Virus record (IMG/VR): IMGVR_UViG_3300029841_000001
Span: 1-64,000 of that record
DNA length: 64,000 nucleotides
Strand: one strand, 5' to 3'
Source of the DNA: a virus
Taxonomy: Duplodnaviria; Heunggongvirae; Uroviricota; Caudoviricetes
In this document: in pieces, positions 58,331 through 64,000 of the stretch
Numbering within the stretch: position 1 is the first letter of the stretch
Layout of the letters: the number at the start of each line of letters is the position of its first letter
Program-made: the position numbers and the translations under genes
The notes under the pieces: generated by a model
The model's database searches: none
The model's input: only the letters and a program-made list of their open reading frames with translations
Told to the model about the DNA's origin: nothing

Positions 58331-59680
58331 AAGCTAATAACCGTGTTCCACAGTCTCTTATATTCATCGCTGCATTATAATCTCTATCGTTTTCATATCC
58401 ACAATCACAAGTATACCATCTGTCTGATAATTGCAAATCTTCTTTAATAGTGCCACAACAATGACACATTTTAGAAGACGGAAACCATTTATCAATCTTA
58501 ATAAATTGTTTTCCTTGTTCTTCCAACTTATATTTCAAAAAAGTCCTAAACATTCCAAATCCATTATCATGAACATTCTTTCCAAGTTTTAGACATTGAG
58601 CCATATTTCTTAAATCAATATCTTCTACTATAACAGCGTCATATTCGCCAGCTATTCTTCTCGATTCTTGGTGTAACCAATTAAGTCTTTGATTTGCAAT
58701 ATGTCTTTGTAATGTTGTAATTTTTTGTTTTTGTTTATACCAGTTTTTAGATTTAAGTTTTTTTCTTGACAATCCTCTTTGGATTTTTTTTAATTTTTCT
58801 TCTGATTTCCTATAATAGTGAGGATAATTGGCTTTCTTACCATTGCTATCAACATAGAAATCATGTTGAGAATAATCTAATCCAAGAACTTTTTCTGATT
58901 TCTTTGATTCAATATCAATTACATATTTAACACATAAACTGACATAAAATACACCCTTATTATCCATTGAAACAGTACAATTCTTAATAATTGAATTATT
59001 TGGCAATGGACGATGTTGTTTTACTTTAATCAATGTTTTAAGTTTTGGAATTTTTAACATAGAATTTTCCAATGTAATTAAATTCCATTTTTCACCTTGT
59101 GACTGATTATATGTTCTATATGAAAAATCATTGTTCTTAATACTCTTAAATCTTGGCATTCCTTTTAAGTCTCTGAAAGTAAGTTTAATTCCTAATGTCT
59201 TTTCTCTTTTTCGACTGCTTTTGGTATATGTCTTTTTATCATATTCTGTATTAAATTTTTTAATGGCATTATTAAAATCCATTTTTGCACTTGATAAACA
59301 CTGAGCATCAACATTTTTCATATAATCAAACTGTCTTGAAAAATCAGTATATTTACTCAAATGCAATTCCGATTTTTTAATTATTCCATTCTGATAACTA
59401 GACTCTTCGAGTTTTCTATATAACTCATCAACATACATATTGTATATTTTTCTTGCACAACCAAATGATTGTAAGAAAAACTCTTTCTGATCTTTAGTTG
59501 GAGCAATTTTAAACTTATAACCTCGATTAATGATAGTTTCCATCGTCTCACCACCTTTCTATGGATATTTTAGTTCCTACATATTTTTCTTTGATTTATT
59601 CTTCTTTATGTTGGTATATTCTCTATTCACATTCATTCACTAGGCTAAAGACCTAGTGGATTTCTGCTCTAGAAGTTTTA
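58260..59680 (-). mobile_element. IS200/IS605-family (IS1341-type, tnpB-only) insertion sequence with subterminal hairpins
   Basis: Intact TnpB ORF flanked by two hairpins in the same orientation with identical CTAAAGA loops and different, compensatory stems: ACGAAG/CTTCGT at 58273-58291 and CACTAGG/CCTAGTG at 59638-59658. This is typical of IS200/IS605 LE/RE structures. The element ends are approximate. Confidence 0.6.
58326..59543 (-). CDS. tnpB: TnpB (OrfB) RuvC-like RNA-guided nuclease/transposase-associated protein
   Basis: N-terminal OrfB-type HTH (GYKFKIAPTKDQKEFFLQSFGCARKIYN), C-terminal RuvC-III plus zinc ribbon CHCCGTIKED...CDCGYENDRDYNAAMNI; 405 aa. Confidence 0.75.
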   Translation of the reverse strand: METIINRGYKFKIAPTKDQKEFFLQSFGCARKIYNMYVDELYRKLEESSYQNGIIKKSELHLSKYTDFSRQFDYMKNVDAQCLSSAKMDFNNAIKKFNTEYDKKTYTKSSRKREKTLGIKLTFRDLKGMPRFKSIKNNDFSYRTYNQSQGEKWNLITLENSMLKIPKLKTLIKVKQHRPLPNNSIIKNCTVSMDNKGVFYVSLCVKYVIDIESKKSEKVLGLDYSQHDFYVDSNGKKANYPHYYRKSEEKLKKIQRGLSRKKLKSKNWYKQKQKITTLQRHIANQRLNWLHQESRRIAGEYDAVIVEDIDLRNMAQCLKLGKNVHDNGFGMFRTFLKYKLEEQGKQFIKIDKWFPSSKMCHCCGTIKEDLQLSDRWYTCDCGYENDRDYNAAMNIRDCGTRLLAW

Positions 59681-59689
59681 AATATTCTT

Positions 59690-59824
59690 TTTTTAGATTC
59701 ATATGCTTCTTTTCTATAAGCTAATGTTTGATTATAAAACAAATCTACAACATCCAAACGTCTTATTAATTTGTTCTTCTTGTTGTTTATTTGGATAAAT
59801 TCTATACTTATAAGCTTTTAACAT
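59690..59824 (-). pseudogene. N-terminal fragment of a second TnpB-like gene, frameshifted
   Basis: Reads MLKAYKYRIYPNKQQEEQINKTFGCCRFV, then after a +1 shift YNQTLAYRKEAYESKKR.., the canonical OrfB N-terminus. The frame runs directly into the LE hairpin of the intact element. No downstream remainder is found. Confidence 0.5.
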
Positions 59825-59864
59825 TACCTATCATCTTCTTTCTAACTTTTAACAACTTTAAGTT

Positions 59865-60161
59865 TTATTCTAACATAGGATATGGAAACATTATATTTCT
59901 CATTAATTCTCCTTCTTTTTCGTTTGACAAACATCCAATTACACCAAAGAAATCATTGTCTTGATATCCAATTTCTTTAGCTAATTCAATTAATTCTTTA
60001 CCTATCTTTTTCTTATTTCTTAAAGTAGGTTTATGGATCATTGTAGATTTATTGTAAATTGCAATAGTAACGCTATCTCCTGGCGCTGCATCAATCATTT
60101 TTTTTGCTTCTTCTTTAGAAACTGTTAAATATCCTTCAATCATGCTAATACTTCCTCCCAA
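59865..60161 (-). CDS. Small protein, possible MazE/AbrB-like partner of the MazF-like toxin
   Basis: 98 aa. GYLTVSKEEAKKMIDAAPGDSVTIAIYNKSTMIHKP loosely resembles a swapped-hairpin antitoxin segment. Overlaps the toxin gene by 22 nt, but lies downstream of the toxin rather than upstream. Confidence 0.3.
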   Translation of the reverse strand: MGGSISMIEGYLTVSKEEAKKMIDAAPGDSVTIAIYNKSTMIHKPTLRNKKKIGKELIELAKEIGYQDNDFFGVIGCLSNEKEGELMRNIMFPYPMLE

Positions 60162-60544
60162 TTAATATTTTCTCCAAAGAACATTGTATTCCAACATACT
60201 TTATTTACAATGTTTCTCTGTTCTTTATCTACAACGGCTCCAAGCTTTCTTTTGATCTCACATTTTTTATCTAGTGTATAAGGTTGCTCACCAAGAACCA
60301 TTGAGTATAAAGACAAACCAGTATCACTATTTGCACTGATACATCCATGAGTAGGAAGTCCAGTTCTTTTTATAATATGAGTCAAAGGCATGGCAATAAC
60401 TGTTGGAGCTGTAGTAGTCCCTTTTTCATTTCCCACAATCACATATGGACGTTTCTTTTTCTGCACAGAGCCAGATGGTGTTGTCATCTTAATCTCAGCT
60501 TCAATAATATCATATCTGTGATATTCATTTCTCATACCTTCCAT
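60140..60544 (-). CDS. MazF/PemK-family endoribonuclease toxin
   Basis: KRPYVIVGNE...VIAMPLTHIIKRTGLPTHGCISANSDTGLSLYSMVLGEQPYTLDKKCEIKRKLGAV matches the PemK/MazF pattern (RP..V..., PLT, TLDK); 134 aa. Confidence 0.6.
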   Translation of the reverse strand: MEGMRNEYHRYDIIEAEIKMTTPSGSVQKKKRPYVIVGNEKGTTTAPTVIAMPLTHIIKRTGLPTHGCISANSDTGLSLYSMVLGEQPYTLDKKCEIKRKLGAVVDKEQRNIVNKVCWNTMFFGENINWEEVLA

Positions 60545-60635
60545 ATATGTAACCTCCTCTCTGTTGTGGTATGTATTCCTTACCTTTGATAGTTCTTATT
60601 ATAGCGTGTACGCTAATTATTGTCAAGACTAATTA

Positions 60636-60664
60636 TTGCAAAAAATAAATATTTTTGATATAAT
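60636..60664 (+). promoter_or_regulatory. Sigma-70 consensus promoter for the XRE gene
   Basis: TTGCAA (60636-60641), 17-nt spacer, TATAAT (60659-60664); RBS GGAGGG 8 nt before the ATG at 60693. Confidence 0.6.
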
Positions 60665-60692
60665 CTATTCATCAAAAATTGGAGGGAAATTC

Positions 60693-60902
60693 ATGAAAGT
60701 AATTCTCAAAGAAACCCTTGAAAAGAAAGGTAAATCACAATATTGGCTTGCAAAAGAAACAGGAATAGCTGCATCTACTTTAAGCAATATGTGTTCAAAT
60801 AAAACAACTAAAGTAGATTTTGTTGTTCTCCAAAAAATATGTAATGCTTTAAAATGTGATATTACTGACATTCTTTCAACAGCAAAGGACGATGATAAAT
60901 AA
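60693..60902 (+). CDS. XRE-family (Cro/CI-type) helix-turn-helix transcriptional regulator
   Basis: MKVILKETLEKKGKSQYWLAKETGIAASTLSNMCSNKTTKVDFVVLQKICNALKCDITDIL is a classic HTH_XRE. The ORF track starts it at 60636, but the RBS supports the internal Met. Confidence 0.7.
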   Translation: MKVILKETLEKKGKSQYWLAKETGIAASTLSNMCSNKTTKVDFVVLQKICNALKCDITDILSTAKDDDK

Positions 60903-60923
60903 TCATCGCCCATACATATATCA

Positions 60924-61568
60924 TTATATTAAATTAATTTGTAAAAGATCTTGTTTTATTTTATTCAATCCATCTGGTGAATGTGAAATATTAGTATTAA
61001 ATTCCTTTGTACATTTCATTAAATATTTTATTTGCTCAAAATCATTATCTTTTATCTTGTTGTTAACTGCAATATTATAATTATGCACACTTTCTTTCAA
61101 TATAAATACTGTTTCCAGTGGAACATCTGCATTTAACAAATAACCATTTCCTTCCACATATGTAAAATCACATTCCTTACTAACTCTACAATAATCCAAT
61201 AAATTATAGTATAATATATCTTTTAAGAATATTAACACAGAATATTCAAAATCATATTTTTGAACAATGACACTACCTGTTTCTTTAAACCATTTGTAAA
61301 AACATTCTTCCTTGATTTTACTTTTTTCTCCAAACATATTATACAATTCATTAAAAAAATCACTTATGCAATTTAACAGCTTTGATTTTAACCTTTTAAA
61401 ATCAACGTTCATTCTGTCTTCTTCATTAAGATTATTATAATTAGATTCAATCAAATAATAAATCAAGCTAGCTAAATCCCATGTACTTACATCTTCATCT
61501 TTTGATATTCTATCGTATATTTTCCAAAAGTCTAAATCATCTGGAAAAACAAAACCATTATCTACCAT
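60924..61568 (-). CDS. Hypothetical protein
   Basis: 214 aa. Confidence 0.4.
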   Translation of the reverse strand: MVDNGFVFPDDLDFWKIYDRISKDEDVSTWDLASLIYYLIESNYNNLNEEDRMNVDFKRLKSKLLNCISDFFNELYNMFGEKSKIKEECFYKWFKETGSVIVQKYDFEYSVLIFLKDILYYNLLDYCRVSKECDFTYVEGNGYLLNADVPLETVFILKESVHNYNIAVNNKIKDNDFEQIKYLMKCTKEFNTNISHSPDGLNKIKQDLLQINLI

Positions 61569-61748
61569 ATCACTTATCCTCTAAAATATTATTCATTCGA
61601 TATTTCATTATTTAATATGATTATTGTACAAAATTTATTGTCCTTAAAGTATGATATATTGATTATATAATAATTTAATTTTCACAAATTCTTTTCCACA
61701 ATAATAACAATTTACATATTTTTCATAAAAGCAACCTTTCATCTATAT

Positions 61749-61979
61749 TTAAACATATCCAGGACGCACTCGAATAGTTCCCTTTTTAGTTTTATGCGCA
61801 TCCATACATTGATCATTGCAAAAAATTAACGTTCTTCCTCTATTAAGATCAATACATCCTAACATTCCTGCGTTATTTGCAATATTATATAGTTCAAATC
61901 CAAATGTAATTTGTCCATCAATTAAAACATTTTTTTCTTTTCCACAATGGAAACATTTTAATGTAATTATATTCTCCAT
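61749..61979 (-). CDS. Zinc-finger protein
   Basis: CFHCGK...CNDQC..H; 76 aa. Confidence 0.35.
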   Translation of the reverse strand: MENIITLKCFHCGKEKNVLIDGQITFGFELYNIANNAGMLGCIDLNRGRTLIFCNDQCMDAHKTKKGTIRVRPGYV

Positions 61980-61984
61980 TTTAT

Positions 61985-62524
61985 TTACTTAACCTCAAAT
62001 TTAAGAATCATTTTCTTAACTCTATCAATTTCTTCTGTTGTATGTGGTGTTCCACCTGCGTTCATATCAATATACCACTGTAACACTTCTCGTTCTGTCT
62101 TTAAATCATTCACATTCAATTTTACAGTATGACTATTTAACATTGCTAAATCCGTATACTCATTGAAATATGATCCAAATACTTTGATTTCGTTATTGAT
62201 AAATCTGCAAATAGCAGTCAATCTTTGCAACCCATCTACACACACAAACTCATTGTATGCTCCATCTTGAACAGACCAATGCCATGATGGACAATTAAAG
62301 TATATGATATTTCCGCTTTTACCGCCTTTAAGAAAGAACTCTAACCATGCAATCTGCTGTTCCTCTGTCCATACATGTCCTCTCTGGAAATCTGGGTTAA
62401 GCTGCAAGTTCATATCTTCTTCCATGTCTTTTATCCATCTAGGAACTCTACTGATATTTACATCACATTGATAGTTACCATCCCTGGTAAATTGTGGTAT
62501 GTATTTAAATTTTGTATACTTCAT
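61985..62524 (-). CDS. DUF262 (ParB/DGQQR-type) domain protein
   Basis: NPDFQRGHVW ... CVDGLQRLTAI; 179 aa. Confidence 0.55.
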   Translation of the reverse strand: MKYTKFKYIPQFTRDGNYQCDVNISRVPRWIKDMEEDMNLQLNPDFQRGHVWTEEQQIAWLEFFLKGGKSGNIIYFNCPSWHWSVQDGAYNEFVCVDGLQRLTAICRFINNEIKVFGSYFNEYTDLAMLNSHTVKLNVNDLKTEREVLQWYIDMNAGGTPHTTEEIDRVKKMILKFEVK

Positions 62525-62544
62525 AACAATCTCCTTTTATAAGA

Positions 62545-63354
62545 TTATTCCTGACACAAGTTGTTATACATCTGTTCTACTTTATCCAAATGCTTTTGAT
62601 CCATCACTTTTCCTGTACGATTAAGCATTAAAAAATATTTTAATATTACTTTTTTGTCTGATTCTTCAATATTACCAACAGATATATGGTGATCTTTAAA
62701 CGTATATTTGTCCATACCACTTAAATCACTATAATATTTTCCCATATACGGAAATCTATCTTCATAAAATTCTACCAATGCATTTAATCGCTGTTTACCG
62801 TCAAGAATTTCATATCCATATCCATATTCCATCCATTTAGATGTAGAATGATGAACTAAAGCTATTTTACCAATATCAATATTATTAAAAATACTGTCAA
62901 TTAAAAGCAATTTATCTTCCATCGTCCATACATAATCTCTTTGATAATCTGGATTCATATTAATACCGAAATTATAATAAGTGTGTAGTAAACTCTCAAT
63001 CGTAGAATTATTAAAATTTATTCTTACATCTTGATTCTTTGAAAAATTACTATCATTATGTTTGATTGCTCGAATATCCATCCATGCAGTAACAATATAT
63101 TTCTGATAATCATATGGACTTCCATAGTTATTATCTGTTGCGGTGCATAATAACCCATATACCTTGCCATCATACAATACTTCTTTTATTACAGATTTCT
63201 TTAAAGAACCATATATAACCTCGTCACCAATATTAAAAGAATAAGTTGGCTCATTAATATATTGTACTCGATCTTCGATAAATGATAACTCTCTATCTCT
63301 TTCTTGTTTTAATCTCTCTTCTAATGTTAATTCTTTCTTTGTTTTTCTTGCCAT
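62545..63354 (-). CDS. DUF262 (ParB/DGQQR-type) domain protein with N-terminal extension
   Basis: NPDYQRDYVW ... ILDGKQRLNAL; 269 aa; tandem with the previous gene. Confidence 0.55.
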   Translation of the reverse strand: MARKTKKELTLEERLKQERDRELSFIEDRVQYINEPTYSFNIGDEVIYGSLKKSVIKEVLYDGKVYGLLCTATDNNYGSPYDYQKYIVTAWMDIRAIKHNDSNFSKNQDVRINFNNSTIESLLHTYYNFGINMNPDYQRDYVWTMEDKLLLIDSIFNNIDIGKIALVHHSTSKWMEYGYGYEILDGKQRLNALVEFYEDRFPYMGKYYSDLSGMDKYTFKDHHISVGNIEESDKKVILKYFLMLNRTGKVMDQKHLDKVEQMYNNLCQE

Positions 63355-63390
63355 GACAATATCCTTTCTTTAAAGCTGGATTTCAGCTTA

Positions 63391-63600
63391 TTAATGATAG
63401 TAATCTTTGCCTACGTTAAATCCAATTTCTAATAATTTTGCCTTTCCAGCTGCACTATTCAATGATTTTCCACTTGTAACTTCTTTACCATATCCATCGA
63501 ATACCGCAAAATAATTATTTGATAGCTTAATGACAGTAAAATGATCAAAATCCATACGTCCAGATTCTAAATCCACACGCCTTGCTTTAATTTTTTCCAT
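63391..63600 (-). CDS. Hypothetical protein
   Basis: 69 aa. Confidence 0.3.
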   Translation of the reverse strand: MEKIKARRVDLESGRMDFDHFTVIKLSNNYFAVFDGYGKEVTSGKSLNSAAGKAKLLEIGFNVGKDYYH

Positions 63601-63601
63601 A

Positions 63602-63844
63602 TTAATCTCCCACTCCTTCTAATTTTACTCCACAATTAGGGCAATACCCTTCAACATCTTTAATTAAAATCTGATCTTTACAATTTGAACATTTCATAAA
63701 ACTGTAAATATCGTCATTTACAAACATCCATCTTCCACAATGATTTTCTATAATCATTCTATACCCTGTATCTTTTACTTTTGCCATTTGTAACACTATC
63801 TTTCTCATAAAATGAAAGTTTGATTTCAGCGTTGTATTATTCAA
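63602..63844 (-). CDS. Zinc-ribbon protein
   Basis: CSNCKDQ...CPNCG; 80 aa. Confidence 0.35.
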   Translation of the reverse strand: MNNTTLKSNFHFMRKIVLQMAKVKDTGYRMIIENHCGRWMFVNDDIYSFMKCSNCKDQILIKDVEGYCPNCGVKLEGVGD

Positions 63845-64000
63845 TTCTAATGTCTGTTACACTACCATGCATTTCGTCATATAACTGAGAAGCAATAGTT
63901 TCTAAATCATCAAAATAATAATCCCATAAATCACATTGAAATCCATTTGGTGTGTCATTAATATAATATGTCGTGTCTAAATTCGTATCAATTGCCACAA
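63837..64000 (-). CDS. Hypothetical protein, partial (N-terminus beyond window end)
   Basis: Open minus-strand frame ending ...MHGSVTDIRIE* with the stop at 63837-63839 and no start within the window. Confidence 0.3.
   Translation of the reverse strand, partial: VAIDTNLDTTYYINDTPNGFQCDLWDYYFDDLETIASQLYDEMHGSVTDIRIE

Noticed and set aside
1-64000. CRISPR arrays, integrase/excisionase, structural or terminase genes
   Set aside because: No spaced direct-repeat arrays were seen. The only repeats found are the IS hairpins, the paralog N-termini and the AT-rich palindromes. No tyrosine or serine recombinase, capsid, portal or terminase motifs were recognised, so the window appears to be an early replication and nucleotide-metabolism region.

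Overview
AT-rich (~30% GC) contiguous stretch of a large, virulent-type dsDNA phage genome; Shine-Dalgarno-like motifs suggest a Firmicutes-type host. Nearly every gene is on the minus strand and tightly packed. The only convincing plus-strand gene is an XRE-family regulator. Recognisable replication and recombination genes: NAD-dependent DNA ligase, Gp157-family protein, RecD-like SF1 helicase, family-B DNA polymerase, RecJ-like DHH exonuclease, DnaG-like primase, DnaB-like helicase, AAA_24/Sak4-like ATPase, ssDNA-binding candidate, and a zinc-ribbon/Vsr-like homing-endonuclease-like gene. Nucleotide-metabolism and candidate DNA-modification genes: partial guanylate-kinase-like dNMP kinase, divergent ThyA-family enzyme, radical-SAM enzyme, PurA-like (PurZ-candidate) enzyme, VWA protein, Pol-beta nucleotidyltransferase, and a SNF2 helicase + beta-class amino-DNA-methyltransferase operon. 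There is an RNA-repair pair (Rnl2-like RNA ligase + Pnk-HD), an ADP-ribosylglycohydrolase, an SPFH protein, a sigma-70-family factor and three DUF262 (ParB/DGQQR) proteins, one fused to a sigma-like HTH. A moron-like island near the 3' end holds a tRNA, a possible plus-strand sRNA, an IS200/IS605-family TnpB element flanked by hairpins with identical CTAAAGA loops, a frameshifted TnpB N-terminal remnant, and a MazF-like toxin gene with a MazE-like gene divergent from an XRE gene driven by a perfect sigma-70 promoter. There is also a frameshifted C5-cytosine methyltransferase C-terminal remnant, two tRNA-like elements with non-canonical anticodon loops, and recurring inverted-repeat motifs. No CRISPR array or integrase was seen. 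All calls come from reading motifs in the supplied ORF translations and the raw sequence; no database searches were possible.
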